Counted from the stretch's first letter, positions 11,028-21,602 are shown. The stretch is 64,000 bases of DNA from an uncultured Chthonomonadaceae bacterium (GCA_963817895.1 CAWFQB010000003.1:480001-544000); one strand, 5' to 3'. Made by a program: numbers and translations. The notes: generated from the letters alone by a model not told the origin.

Positions 11028-11262
11028 ACCACGGGGAACACGGGGGACACGGGGAAGAGAAGGGGAGAAATTAAAACCACGGAGGACACGGAGAACAGAG
11101 AGTGAAGAACGGACGAGCGAGGATTGGAAGCAATTTGATACCGATTAAACAGGCAAGCAGGATTACTGCCTCCGTTCCTAATCCTGTCAATCCTGAACAT
11201 CCTGTTAATCTTGTCTATTCTCCCCCTCTCCTCCCCGTGTCCCCCGTGTTCCCCGTGGTTTT
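11026..11262. repeat. Composite intergenic repeat: ACACGGGGR 9-mer arrays in inverted orientation around an AATCCTGT-type array
   Basis: AAACCACGGGGAACACGGGGGACACGGGG (11026-11054) is complementary to 11233-11261; second partial copy at 11073-11092; AATCCTGTC/CATCCTGTT units at 11180-11215. Confidence 0.8.
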
Positions 11263-13600
11263 ATTTCTCCTCCTGTGGTTGGTCGTGTGCTGTCCGTCTG
11301 TGGCGCGGGCGCGGGTGGTTGTAGTCGTGTGTGAGCGGCTGACGTGGGAGGATGTCGTTTCAGAGTGTCCGTTTCTGCTCGGTTGGATACAGCAGAATCG
11401 CTGCGCGGTGGGCCTGATGAATACCGCAGTGGCCGGACAGAAGAACCCCACCTCGGCAATGCTGGCAATCGCGCAGGGACAACTCGCGCCTTCGGAACCG
11501 GGGGACGAGCAGGCTGTCAACCTCGTGGAAACGGTTGGCGGCGAACCGGGAACGGGCGCGGTTGTGTACAGGCGGCGGACGGGCGCGGATGTGGCGGCGG
11601 GCCGTACCCTTGTAAATTTGAATGTGGCGTCGCTGGCGCGGCGCGGAATTATCGGGCAGGGGTTGGGCGCGATACTGGCGCAGGCGAACCCGGCAAAGCG
11701 TATTCTGATTTGCGGCAACGTGGATACGGATACGCGGCAACGGCGTGGCGCATTACTGGCGATAAATGCGCAGGGCGCGGCAACGGGTGACGTGGCGCTC
11801 ATCTCCGCCGATAAAAGCAAGCCGTTCGGCGTAACGGACGACATTAACGCGCTTGCCCGCTACGCCGCCACGACTGACGCGGACGTTTTTGTGGCCGTGC
11901 TTGGCGATCTGGCGCGGGTAGAAGCGGCGCGAACGCGGCTGGATACCGCTGCTTATCGCGCAGCGCGTCACGAAGCCTTGCAGCGTTTGGACTCGTTCTT
12001 TCTGCAACTGCTCGCCATACGGCATCTGGACACCGAAACTGTTGACCTGCTGCTGATTTCGCCGTGTCCACCCTCCGCGCTGACCGAACAAATCCCTTCC
12101 GCTTCTTCTCATTTGACGGGCGAAACATGGGAACAGCTTACCCCCATTCTCGCGCTCGGCCCCCATTTTCCGCCCGGACTGCTTACTTCCCCCACCACGC
12201 GAACCCCCGGACTTGTTTCCAACACCGATATTGCCCCCTCCATGCTGCGCGCGCTCGACGTTCCCGTTCCTCCCACCACAACCGGACGCCCGATGCGAAT
12301 TGTCACCGTATCGGGCGGGAGTGAGGCCGTTCTGCCCGTCCTTTCCCGTCTGGATTACGTCACCACCATCAATGCGCGGGCGCTCACTCTGGTTGCCATG
12401 CCGATTGGCGGATTATGCTTTGCGCTCGTGTTGGGGGCCATCTTCGCGTACCGGTTCGGCAAAACGCGGCTGCTGCGCCTGCTTTGCCCCGGAATCGTTT
12501 TCACGCAATCCCTGCCCCTCGGCTTCCTCCTCGCCACTATTCACATTCCGCCCACCCTGCTGGAATACGGCCTGCGCGTCCTCGCGTGTATGGCAGCCCT
12601 GACCGTATGTAGTTACATTTTATCCCGCCTGTTCCGCCTTTCCCCGCCCGTCGCCTGCGGCCTGATAGGAATCATTCTAATCGCCATTGATCTCTGCTGC
12701 GGTCAACAACTGCTGAAAGACTCCCTGTGGAGCGGCTACGCCCTGTCCGGCATCCGCTACTACGGCATCGGCAACGAGTATCTCGGCGTTATACTGGGTT
12801 ACGCGCTGCTCGGCGGCTTTGGGGAAGAATTTGAGGAAGAAAAGGAGAAAAGGAGAAAAGGAGAAAAGGAGAAAAAGAACCACGAAACACACGGGGGCGC
12901 GCCAAAAGAAGAAACCGTAGGGACACAACTAGTTGTGTCCAACACTCAGGAACAGACGCAATCGAAAATCGAAAATCGAAAATCGAAAATCGTCATTCTA
13001 TGTTGGCTGGCGCTGATGGTTTTGCTTGGATGGCCGATGCTGGGAGCCAATGCGGGGAGTTTGATTGTTACCGGGGCGGGGTTCGGAGTGGGAGCATGGA
13101 GTCTTTCAGGGAAGCGGGTGACGGTGTGGACGGCATTGATTTGCCTGTCGGCGGGGATTGCTTTATCGTTTGTATTTGGCGCTATAGATGCGTGGTTGTT
13201 CGGCAGCGGAGCGTCTCATGCGGGCAATGTATTAAGCGCGGCGAACGGGGCGCGGGGCGCGAACTACCTGCTTGAAATTATGGCGCGAAAAGCAACCATG
13301 AACCTGCATCTGCTCACCACGCCGTTTTTCCTGCTCGGCATCAGTCTTGTCGCCATTCTCGGCGGGCTGATGCGCGTGTGGCTTGGCAAGGCCGTACAGG
13401 ATATGCTTCAAACTCATCCACGCTTGAAGCAAAGCCTGCCCGCCCTGACCACAACCCTCCTTGCCGCCCTGCTCTTCAAAGACTCCGGTGTCGTCACCGC
13501 CGGACTACTGACAGGCGTAACCTGCCTCTACTTCCTCTGGCACACGCTTGATACAGAAAAGGAGAAAAGGAGAAAAGGAGAAAAGGAGAAGCGGAATTAG
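11102..13600 (+). CDS. Polytopic membrane protein with an N-terminal alkaline-phosphatase/phosphoglyceromutase-like extracytoplasmic domain; true start probably near 11250
   Basis: LTSPTTRTPGLVSNTDIAP, GIRYYGIGNE, LGANAG and DSGVV motifs; many TM helices in the C-terminal half. Confidence 0.65.
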   Translation: MKNGRARIGSNLIPIKQASRITASVPNPVNPEHPVNLVYSPPLLPVSPVFPVVLFLLLWLVVCCPSVARARVVVVVCERLTWEDVVSECPFLLGWIQQNRCAVGLMNTAVAGQKNPTSAMLAIAQGQLAPSEPGDEQAVNLVETVGGEPGTGAVVYRRRTGADVAAGRTLVNLNVASLARRGIIGQGLGAILAQANPAKRILICGNVDTDTRQRRGALLAINAQGAATGDVALISADKSKPFGVTDDINALARYAATTDADVFVAVLGDLARVEAARTRLDTAAYRAARHEALQRLDSFFLQLLAIRHLDTETVDLLLISPCPPSALTEQIPSASSHLTGETWEQLTPILALGPHFPPGLLTSPTTRTPGLVSNTDIAPSMLRALDVPVPPTTTGRPMRIVTVSGGSEAVLPVLSRLDYVTTINARALTLVAMPIGGLCFALVLGAIFAYRFGKTRLLRLLCPGIVFTQSLPLGFLLATIHIPPTLLEYGLRVLACMAALTVCSYILSRLFRLSPPVACGLIGIILIAIDLCCGQQLLKDSLWSGYALSGIRYYGIGNEYLGVILGYALLGGFGEEFEEEKEKRRKGEKEKKNHETHGGAPKEETVGTQLVVSNTQEQTQSKIENRKSKIVILCWLALMVLLGWPMLGANAGSLIVTGAGFGVGAWSLSGKRVTVWTALICLSAGIALSFVFGAIDAWLFGSGASHAGNVLSAANGARGANYLLEIMARKATMNLHLLTTPFFLLGISLVAILGGLMRVWLGKAVQDMLQTHPRLKQSLPALTTTLLAALLFKDSGVVTAGLLTGVTCLYFLWHTLDTEKEKRRKGEKEKRN
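12917..12940. repeat. REP-like palindrome GTAGGGACACAAC-NN-GTTGTGTCC (copy 1, inside a CDS)
   Basis: Near-identical copy at 15636-15659; GTAG-led palindrome typical of REP elements. Confidence 0.65.
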
Positions 13601-13696
13601 ACAAGTTTATATTCTTTTGCGTTTATTTCGCGTCATTCGCGGTTCCCACTCTCCTCTTCTCCTCTTCTCCTTTTCTCCCCCTCTCCCTGTCTTCCC

Positions 13697-15697
13697 CTAC
13701 CCCGCCGGTCGGCTGCCGGGCATGGCTTGCAGGGGCATGGCGCGGCGGGTGGCGCGATCACGGACGGGCGGCAGCAGATGGAAGAGGACGCTGAACTGCT
13801 GAGTGCGCAGGCTGTACGCGAAGCCGGCCTGCATACAGTCGAAGTTACGCAGAACGGCGAATTGACTGTCATAGGCGCGGGAGCGTTCCAGATCGAATTT
13901 GGTTTCAAAGCCGAAGGCGTAGGGGCCGCCGGTTTGCGCGATCAGGCGCAATTCGTGACGTATATCCAGATGATCAAAGGCAAATGGCGTCCGGCCCAGA
14001 TCGTCGGTAAAGCGGTACGCGATGCCCAACCGCGTGGTGGAAGTGGGCAGATAGTCCAGTTCCGCTTCGGGCGAAAACAGGTTATAAATGCTGCCTTTGG
14101 AATAGGCGTTGAGCCAGTCGGTGACCCCAAAGCGCAGGGAGATGCGTCTGCCGAGCAGAATCGGCTGCGTGGCGGCTGTAGTGGCAAGCGCCAGTTTGCC
14201 CGATGTGACCCGCGTGGGGTATTCCGTGACGCCGCCCGCGCTCAAATTGAAGTCCAGCAGAAACGGGGCGCTGGACGCGCGCTGCAATATAGGGTTGAAC
14301 GTGGCGCCGCCGGGGGCGTCGGGGGTTCCATCCGCATTGCGCTGTCCGGTCAAATCCGGCTGCCCGTCGCGGGCGTGTCCCAAAACATTGACAAGGCGCA
14401 GGTTCGCTTCGGGAAACCGGGATACGCGCAGGTCGGTGCGCCGCCGATTGTACACGTACTGGTCGTTTTGCAGAATGGCCCCGACAGTGGTACGTGGCGT
14501 AAACTCATCCTCGTAGCGGTCTTCGGCATACTCGCGGTACGTGGGTGGCGTCAGTTGTTCCAGATAGCCGTGCAGTGGGTCGGAAAGCGATTGCCGCAGC
14601 GAGCGGGGCGGGGGGGCTTTGGGCGCGGGCGGTTTCAAATCGAACTCGTACGCGACAAAGCCGGTGGGCAAGCGCTTCACATTGATATGGCCGTCTAATT
14701 CCAGACTCCGGCGCGGTTCCAGAATGGGCGTTTCGTGGATACGCGCAAACAGGCCCTCGCTTTTGTTGTAGCCCGGAGTGGCGGCAAGCAGGTCGCTTTT
14801 GCTGTTCAGATTGCGTTTCAGGGAGGGCAGGGTAATCAGTTTTGTCGCACCCGCGTATACCGTGATTCCTGAAGCCGACACATAGCGATTGGGATGAACC
14901 GTCAGCCGTTTGGCGTGTATCTGATAATCGGGACGGCCCCGGATACAGGTGGTAAAGGTTCCGTTTTCAACCGTGTACGTGCCGTCCGCGTTGGCTTCGA
15001 TGCGGTCGCCGCGCATACGGAAGTAATCGGTTTCGGCAATCGCGTTGGTGACGAACCCGGCGTTGGTGAGGACGTTGAAGGTGATCTCCTGCGCGATGAA
15101 ACTGCCCTCCGAACGATCCAGACGCGCCCCATTGTGAGCGGTCAGCAGGCCGGTATTGCGGTTATACTCCGCGCTTTCGGCGTTGAGCGTGGTCGTGGTT
15201 TTGCTCTGCTCATCCATATAGCGCAGCCGAACGCCCCCCGTAAAAGCGATCACGCCATCCGGTCGAAGGGCAACCGCAGTATTCTGGTCTACCGTAAAGG
15301 GGCCGATTTTGCGGGGTGGGGTGTCGAAAGGGGCGGTATCGGCATCGTCTCGAAAGTTATGGAATACGTCCCGCGCCCGCACCGAAATAATCTCGTCCTC
15401 CGCATTATCCAGCAATAAAATCTTTTCCTCATCCGGGTCGTTTTCTGCTGTAGGAGTGGCTTTCGCTGCGGCAGTGTTGCCGAACGGCGGCAACGCAAAG
15501 GGCGCGTACAAAGCAGGCAGGGAAAAGGTCGGGCGAGAAACCGGGGCATTGTCGGCGCGGACAAGTTGCGGCAAAAGAAGGGATGCGGCGACTAACCATA
15601 CGCTTTTAGCCCTAACAGTGTTCAAATAAAAGTTTGCAGGGACACAACATGTTGTGTCCTCGCGCGCGTGTCTCAAATTTGTCAGTACAGGTGTCAA
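13697..15697 (-). CDS. LptD-like outer-membrane protein
   Basis: Signal-like segment, beta-jellyroll N-terminus (AESAEYN..ENGTFTTC..PDYQIHAKRL), beta-rich C-terminus with an FDC motif; start uncertain. Confidence 0.7.
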   Translation of the reverse strand: MTPVLTNLRHAREDTTCCVPANFYLNTVRAKSVWLVAASLLLPQLVRADNAPVSRPTFSLPALYAPFALPPFGNTAAAKATPTAENDPDEEKILLLDNAEDEIISVRARDVFHNFRDDADTAPFDTPPRKIGPFTVDQNTAVALRPDGVIAFTGGVRLRYMDEQSKTTTTLNAESAEYNRNTGLLTAHNGARLDRSEGSFIAQEITFNVLTNAGFVTNAIAETDYFRMRGDRIEANADGTYTVENGTFTTCIRGRPDYQIHAKRLTVHPNRYVSASGITVYAGATKLITLPSLKRNLNSKSDLLAATPGYNKSEGLFARIHETPILEPRRSLELDGHINVKRLPTGFVAYEFDLKPPAPKAPPPRSLRQSLSDPLHGYLEQLTPPTYREYAEDRYEDEFTPRTTVGAILQNDQYVYNRRRTDLRVSRFPEANLRLVNVLGHARDGQPDLTGQRNADGTPDAPGGATFNPILQRASSAPFLLDFNLSAGGVTEYPTRVTSGKLALATTAATQPILLGRRISLRFGVTDWLNAYSKGSIYNLFSPEAELDYLPTSTTRLGIAYRFTDDLGRTPFAFDHLDIRHELRLIAQTGGPYAFGFETKFDLERSRAYDSQFAVLRNFDCMQAGFAYSLRTQQFSVLFHLLPPVRDRATRRAMPLQAMPGSRPAG
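15636..15659. repeat. REP-like palindrome (copy 2)
   Basis: GCAGGGACACAACATGTTGTGTCC. Confidence 0.6.
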
Positions 15698-15760
15698 AAA
15701 TGGTACGTTCCTTCAAACCATCATACGGGCGGTGTTCAATCCACAATCGTCAATCAAAAA

Positions 15761-17485
15761 TCAAAAATCCAAATCCCGGCTTTGCAGCAGGCGTTCGCGG
15801 CGGGCGGTAACGGCTTCTCTCGTGTCGAGCAGGCTGCCGAAATCGTTGCCCTCGCTCATGGCCTTGCGGAACGGCTCGTCGTCGTACTGCCGGGTCTTGA
15901 CGACGACGGGCATAGGGACGGCATGGCCGAAAATCAAGGCCTGCTGTTTGGTTTCCAGACTGGCAAGCACATTGCGCAGCGTGTTCGCGCCGGATACGCC
16001 CGTCAGCACCGCGTCTATATCCTTCTCATCATCCAGCAGGCAGCAAATTTTGGTTCCCACCTGCGACAGCACTTCATCGTCAATGCCGCTGGGCCGTTGA
16101 TCCACGATGAGCAGGGTGACGTTGTACTTGCGCATTTCGCGGGCAATTGTGCCGAAAATGGTTTGTCCCGCCAGATGGGGCGCGAGAAACTTGTGCGCTT
16201 CCTCAATGGTAATCACGAGCGGGCGCGGCTTGTCGCCATCCCTGCCTAGAGACTGTTCCACAAGCGTTCGGTAAATGTCGTGCAGTCGCCGCGTCAGGAT
16301 GTTGACGACGAGCATATACTGCTTGGGCTGATCGTACTGCCCGAATTCCAGAACAACGTTGCGTCCCTCCTGTAGGGTGCGCAGAATATGGTCTACCGCA
16401 TCATCGTCTCTGGGTACATCGGGTTCCAGAAAGCCCTTGCAGTCCTCAATCAGCACTTTCAGTTTGCGCTGTAGAGCGGAGAGGGCGCCGCTGTGCGCGT
16501 TGTTTTCGCCCACGAACTCTTTGATGTCGTCGGCGTCCATATTCAGAAATTCTTGAAGCCACTTTTTCTGCGTAAACCGCTGCACCAGCAGGTAGCACGT
16601 TTCCACTGCCGTCGCGTTCAGGTTCAATTCGCGTTGCAGCAGCATGATGTCTTCAACCGTGATGGCTGAATAGGGGATACGCACATCGAAATCGGGCGTG
16701 ACATTGCGGCGCAGGCTGCTGGCGCGATCCAGCGTGAAAATCTGAACCCGGTTGCGGAAATACTGTTTCAGGCCGCGCACGGACTTGCGCCCCGCTTCTT
16801 CAGTCGTCCCCTGCCATCCGTATTCGCTGTGCATGTCGAATACTAAATGAACGGCTTTGTCGGCCTTGATCGCGCCGCACAAACACAGGCGCGTTAAAAA
16901 CGTTTTGCCCGTCCCCGACTTGCCGAAAATGGCGTTGGAGCGCTCTACCCATCGGTCGAGGTTCAGGCAAACGGGCGTATCCATATCCAGAGGCGTGCCG
17001 ACGTGGAAGAATTTGGGCTTGCGCTCGTCGCCGAACACGCGGCTGACATCCTCCTGTGTGGCGTCGTACACGGGACTGAAATGGTCAGGAATGGTTTTGA
17101 CGGGCAGTTTGGCGTCTTCGTCTTCGGGGTCGGCGTCCAGAGGTATCATCAGCATGGGGCGCATCTTGATAGTTCCAAATGTGCTTGTTCCCGCCAGCAC
17201 CGCCCGCATCAGCGTCTCTTCGCCGCGCGGGGGATTGACCAATACGCCGGGATGGGTGGCAGACAGTTGCACGTCGTTGAGCATGGCGAAAAACTGGAAC
17301 CGTTCACCCTGCACCACGACGAACTTGCCGACGCGCAGTTCCTCGACACTTTTGCCCTCGGCCAGCCGCATTTCCAGCCCTTCCGACAGGCTGCCGCGCA
17401 CAATCACGCCCAATTCTTCGGATTTTCGATTTTCGATTTTCGATTTTGGATTGGAAGACAGGTCACTCACGCTATGCTCCGGCAT
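15761..17485 (-). CDS. HerA-like ATPase (HAS barrel + DUF87)
   Basis: N-terminal LGVIVRGSLSEGL barrel, Walker A GKSGTGKT, FDMHSEYG, Walker B ITIEEAH, REMRKY, DQRPS. Confidence 0.88.
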   Translation of the reverse strand: MPEHSVSDLSSNPKSKIENRKSEELGVIVRGSLSEGLEMRLAEGKSVEELRVGKFVVVQGERFQFFAMLNDVQLSATHPGVLVNPPRGEETLMRAVLAGTSTFGTIKMRPMLMIPLDADPEDEDAKLPVKTIPDHFSPVYDATQEDVSRVFGDERKPKFFHVGTPLDMDTPVCLNLDRWVERSNAIFGKSGTGKTFLTRLCLCGAIKADKAVHLVFDMHSEYGWQGTTEEAGRKSVRGLKQYFRNRVQIFTLDRASSLRRNVTPDFDVRIPYSAITVEDIMLLQRELNLNATAVETCYLLVQRFTQKKWLQEFLNMDADDIKEFVGENNAHSGALSALQRKLKVLIEDCKGFLEPDVPRDDDAVDHILRTLQEGRNVVLEFGQYDQPKQYMLVVNILTRRLHDIYRTLVEQSLGRDGDKPRPLVITIEEAHKFLAPHLAGQTIFGTIAREMRKYNVTLLIVDQRPSGIDDEVLSQVGTKICCLLDDEKDIDAVLTGVSGANTLRNVLASLETKQQALIFGHAVPMPVVVKTRQYDDEPFRKAMSEGNDFGSLLDTREAVTARRERLLQSRDLDF

Positions 17486-17653
17486 TTCAATGTATCATTA
17501 TAGCGTTTACGGGAGTCGGCGTCAATGCCTGTATGCTAATCTCCCCTGATGGATTTATCAATCGCAAAATTTCTGCCCAAACTCCTGTCACAAAGCGAAG
17601 GTTCGTTCGTAGTCTTGGGAGTTGCTGCAAATTGTACAGCCGGAGGAGCGAAC

Positions 17654-19075
17654 ATGCGAGGCACAAAAGCGGGGCGTTGGGCGCAGGGTCTGCTGGCGGG
17701 CGCGTGTCTGTGCGGATTGTCCGCGTGTGGGGGTGGCGGCAGTAATGGCGCGCTGGACACGAACACGAGCGAAGGCGTTGAACAATACGCGCTGGCTGTT
17801 GCGCCGGATGGGAGCAGGATCGCCAGTGGCGGCACGTTTTCGCGCATCACGTACAGCGGCGCGTATCCGGTAGAGAGTACCGGTGGCGGCACGGACTTGC
17901 CGCCCGGCCCTCAAACTCCCGGACCCTCCGACCCCCTGCCCGGTCCTTCCGATCCAATTCCCGGCCCTGTGGAAGACATTCCCCCGGACAATGGCTCGAA
18001 TGGAAACGGCGGCAATGATACAAATTCGCCGCCGGACGAGTCAAACGCGGGCGAGGGCAATACGGATCGCCTGCTGCGATTACGCGCCTCGCGGGGCGGA
18101 TTTGGCGACGCCCACAATAGGGTTTGCGCAACGGCAGGCAAACGCAATTTCATTACCGGCAAGCCGAGCGTGACGCGGGCAACGCTTGCCGCGAGCGCGT
18201 CACGCGGGCAGGCCGCGACGACGAGCAAAACGCCTCGCTATGTTACGGAAGATTTATCCGGGCGCATCTGGTATGCCAATCCGCAGAACGGGCAGCGCGT
18301 TGGCGGGCTTAATCTGGGCCAGATCGTGTACGGGCTTGCTTTTTCGCCGGATGGAACCCTGCTGGCGAGCGGCAGTCAGGATCGGATTTTGCGCCTGATT
18401 GACGCGCGGAGCAATGTGGTTGTGGCGCAGTTAAAAGGGCATGGTGACCGGGTCAGTGGCGTGGCCTTTTCTCCTGACGGCAAGCGGATCGCGTCCTCGG
18501 GCTACAACGACCATACCGTTCGGCTGTGGGACATTCTGACACAAACGCAGCAGCAGGTGATTTCGACCGGCAATTTGGGCGCGACTGCTATCGCCTTCGC
18601 GCCGGATGGCGCGACATTGGCCGGGGCGGAGGGGGATGGCACGGTTCTGATATGGGACGCGCAAACGGGAAGCGTCGTACAAACCCTGAAATCCCACAAG
18701 TATGCGGCCTTTTCCGTCGCTTATGCCCCGGACGGCAAAACCCTTGCCAGCGGCAGCGCGGATGATACCGTGATCCTGTGGGATCCGCAAACCGGAACAC
18801 CCCGACAGACGCTGACGGGGCATACGGGCTTTGTATTCGCCGTCCGCTTTTCGCCCGACGGCAAACTGCTGGCAACCGGGAGCGCGGATCAGACAGTGAA
18901 ATTGTGGGACGCGCAAACGGGAGCCTTGCGCAACACTCTCTCCTCTCCCGAAGGCGTACAGGCCGTCGCCTTCACGCCCGACAGCCAGACCGTTATCGGG
19001 GCGGGCGGCAACGGCAACCTGCGCGCGTGGAATGTCCTGAACGGGCAGTTAAAATGGGAACAGCAGTTCCACTAA
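17654..19075 (+). CDS. WD40-repeat lipoprotein
   Basis: GGAGG RBS; lipobox LSAC; Pro/Asn-rich linker; repeats such as GHGDRVSGVAFSPDG..VRLWD. Confidence 0.88.
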   Translation: MRGTKAGRWAQGLLAGACLCGLSACGGGGSNGALDTNTSEGVEQYALAVAPDGSRIASGGTFSRITYSGAYPVESTGGGTDLPPGPQTPGPSDPLPGPSDPIPGPVEDIPPDNGSNGNGGNDTNSPPDESNAGEGNTDRLLRLRASRGGFGDAHNRVCATAGKRNFITGKPSVTRATLAASASRGQAATTSKTPRYVTEDLSGRIWYANPQNGQRVGGLNLGQIVYGLAFSPDGTLLASGSQDRILRLIDARSNVVVAQLKGHGDRVSGVAFSPDGKRIASSGYNDHTVRLWDILTQTQQQVISTGNLGATAIAFAPDGATLAGAEGDGTVLIWDAQTGSVVQTLKSHKYAAFSVAYAPDGKTLASGSADDTVILWDPQTGTPRQTLTGHTGFVFAVRFSPDGKLLATGSADQTVKLWDAQTGALRNTLSSPEGVQAVAFTPDSQTVIGAGGNGNLRAWNVLNGQLKWEQQFH

Positions 19076-19539
19076 CCACTTGCCACTGCCTGTTTGACAA
19101 ACGCCTCAATCGCCGCCGCAGGCCGCGCCCCGGACGCCCGCGTGATTTCCTGCCCGTTGCGAAAGACAGTCATCGTTGGAATAGATTGGATTCCGAAACG
19201 CTGCCCGAGCGCGGGCAGGGCGTCCGTGTTTACTTTGGCGACAAGGAATTGTCCCGCAGTATTGGCCGCGACTTTGACCAGTTCCGGCGCGACCATTTTG
19301 CACGGCCCGCACCAGGGCGCCCAGAAGTCCACCACGACCGGGACAGCGGAGTTGGCGACAAGCGCGTCGAACTGCGCCGTTGTTGTCACGTCAACGGGTT
19401 CGGACGGCGGGCGTATCTCATGTTGGCATTTGCCGCAGGTTCCCGTCTGGTTCAGCCGCGCATGCGGCGTTCGGTTTTTCTGCCCGCACTGCGGACACGG
19501 TATCACCACCCCTTTAGCGTCCAGCGTCAGCGTACTCAT
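19072..19539 (-). CDS. trxC: Thioredoxin 2 (zinc-finger type)
   Basis: CPQC..CGKC zinc motif plus WCGPC active site. Confidence 0.92.
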   Translation of the reverse strand: MSTLTLDAKGVVIPCPQCGQKNRTPHARLNQTGTCGKCQHEIRPPSEPVDVTTTAQFDALVANSAVPVVVDFWAPWCGPCKMVAPELVKVAANTAGQFLVAKVNTDALPALGQRFGIQSIPTMTVFRNGQEITRASGARPAAAIEAFVKQAVASG

Positions 19540-19706
19540 CTGTCACCCCTCCATTTTGAAAGCGCAGGGTTGCGCCCGTAGTCCCTATATTGCTGAATAC
19601 GATTTTCAAGGCTCGGAATTAGCAAGTTCCTGCCCTGCGAATAGGGAGGCTCTCTATTCTCCTGTGTCTGACAGCAGGTACAATAGTGTGGGAGAAACTT
19701 GCGCCA

Positions 19707-21602
19707 ATGAAAATCATTTCAGACCATTTTGGTTCCGTTTGTTGTTTGCTGCTGTGTTTTATCCACTGCCCGCTTGCTGCGACTGCTCAACAGCCTCTGG
19801 AGAAAATTCCGATGCCTCAACCACCCTCAACCCTGAATCTTCCTCCTGCCTCGCTGCCCGCCGCGTACAACCCGCTTCCCAACTTACCGGCGATTGCGCT
19901 GGATGAGGCGAATAACAACGTCGGAATTGCCCAACAGACGGCGCGGGCGAAGCATTTGCAGGGGCGCGTGTTGTGGATTGACGGCACGGCGAACATGAAC
20001 GCCATCAATACGCCGGACAAAATTGTTTCGCTGGCGCAGCAGATTAAAAAGGCCGGTTTCAATACGGTTGTGCTGGATGTGAAGCCGATTGTCGGGTTTA
20101 CCCTGTATCCGAGCAAGTACGCGCCCAAACTGACGACCTGGAAAGACCGAACCATTCCCGCCGATTTCGATCCCCTGCCGGGTATGGTAACGGAGTGCCA
20201 CCGGAACGGGCTACAGCTTGTCGTCAACATGAACGTGTGGAGCGAGGGACACCGGGGCGACAACAACACGGTCAAAAAGCAGGGGCCGGGATACGAGCAT
20301 CCCGAATGGCAGACCGTTTTGTACACTGTCGAGGGACGGCTTCATTCCACATTCGGCGGGAATGGGGGCGCGGCGGTTTCGCAGAAGACTAATCCCCCCG
20401 CTGTGGGCGACAATGAGATATGTGTGTATACGGATGTGAAAGCCCTGCCCGCGCTTGCGGATGGGTTTGCGGTCGCGATTGCGGAAACGGGCAAAGTGAT
20501 CGCGCAGGTCGAGGGGAACGCCCTGAGTCTGCTTGGCAGCGCGCCGTGGAAAGGGTCGTATCTTGTCGGGCGGGGAACGGGCGCCAGTTTTCTGCGCCAG
20601 AACGCGCCGGTCGGCAGCGCGCTTGGGCTGGACACGGTTCCCGCGTTTGTGCCTATGTCGCAAATGCAGGAGCAGGTTCCGCTCATGGTCAGCCCGCACC
20701 GCGCGGACGTACAAAAACGAATTCTGGATATGATTACGGAAGTCTGTTCGCGCTACGAGATAGACGGCGTGATTTTCGATGACCGTTTTCGGTACGCGGG
20801 CATCAACGCCGATTTTAGCGAGGACACGCATAAGCAATTTGAGGCGTATCTCGCGCCCGTTCTCGGCGGTAAAAGTCTGAAATGGCCCGAAGATGTGTTC
20901 CGCTACGATCTCGCGTTCCCCACTCTGTCGCGGCGATTGACGCCCGGAATGTATTATGATGCGTGGCTGACATGGCGCGCGCTTACCCTGCGGAACTGGC
21001 TGGCGTCGGCAGTGGCAACGGTGAAAGCCATCCGCCCCAACGCAACCGTCAGCACCTACAACGGCTCGTGGTACGGCGATTATGCCGCATTGGGCGCGAA
21101 CTGGGCGGCGGATGATTTCAACGCGGGCTTTCGGTTTTTAACGCCGGGGTATCAGAAGACCGGCTACGCGGGTCTTGCGGACTGGATTACGACCGGCTGC
21201 TACTATCCCACGCCCACCATGTCGGAAGCGCTTTCGCTTGGCAAATCCGCCGGGGCGACCATCGAAGCGGCGGGGCAGTTGTCCAACCGCGCGGCAAACG
21301 ATCAGACCTGGGTATACGCGGGCTTGAACGTGGCGGATTACAGCAAGCAGCCGGAAAAGCTGAAACAGGCGGTTCAGGCCGCGCTGGCAAGTACACAGGG
21401 CGTGATGGTGTTTGACCTGTCCGCCTTCGACGACTCGATCTGGAACCTGTTCGGCGAGATATTCAAAGAATCCGCAATTGCGCCTCATGCCGTTCCCGGT
21501 CTGCTGGCGCAGGTGCGGCAGCAGCGAATCGCCCGCAAAGCATCGGGCGTTCCCGACCCGCCCGTCATCATCCACAATGGCATCCCAGGCACTGGTTTAT
21601 AA
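19707..21602 (+). CDS. Secreted glycoside hydrolase-like protein (GHL10/DUF187 family)
   Basis: Signal peptide; KKAGFNTVVLDVKP, YEIDGVIFDDRFRY. Confidence 0.72.
   Translation: MKIISDHFGSVCCLLLCFIHCPLAATAQQPLEKIPMPQPPSTLNLPPASLPAAYNPLPNLPAIALDEANNNVGIAQQTARAKHLQGRVLWIDGTANMNAINTPDKIVSLAQQIKKAGFNTVVLDVKPIVGFTLYPSKYAPKLTTWKDRTIPADFDPLPGMVTECHRNGLQLVVNMNVWSEGHRGDNNTVKKQGPGYEHPEWQTVLYTVEGRLHSTFGGNGGAAVSQKTNPPAVGDNEICVYTDVKALPALADGFAVAIAETGKVIAQVEGNALSLLGSAPWKGSYLVGRGTGASFLRQNAPVGSALGLDTVPAFVPMSQMQEQVPLMVSPHRADVQKRILDMITEVCSRYEIDGVIFDDRFRYAGINADFSEDTHKQFEAYLAPVLGGKSLKWPEDVFRYDLAFPTLSRRLTPGMYYDAWLTWRALTLRNWLASAVATVKAIRPNATVSTYNGSWYGDYAALGANWAADDFNAGFRFLTPGYQKTGYAGLADWITTGCYYPTPTMSEALSLGKSAGATIEAAGQLSNRAANDQTWVYAGLNVADYSKQPEKLKQAVQAALASTQGVMVFDLSAFDDSIWNLFGEIFKESAIAPHAVPGLLAQVRQQRIARKASGVPDPPVIIHNGIPGTGL

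Noticed and set aside
11026..11262. Possible CRISPR array
   Set aside because: Units are 9 bp, tandem or inverted, with no unique 30-40 bp spacers and no cas genes
15761..17485. HerA-based anti-phage system (Sir2-HerA, DUF4297-HerA)
   Set aside because: No partner nuclease or sirtuin is adjacent; the context is housekeeping
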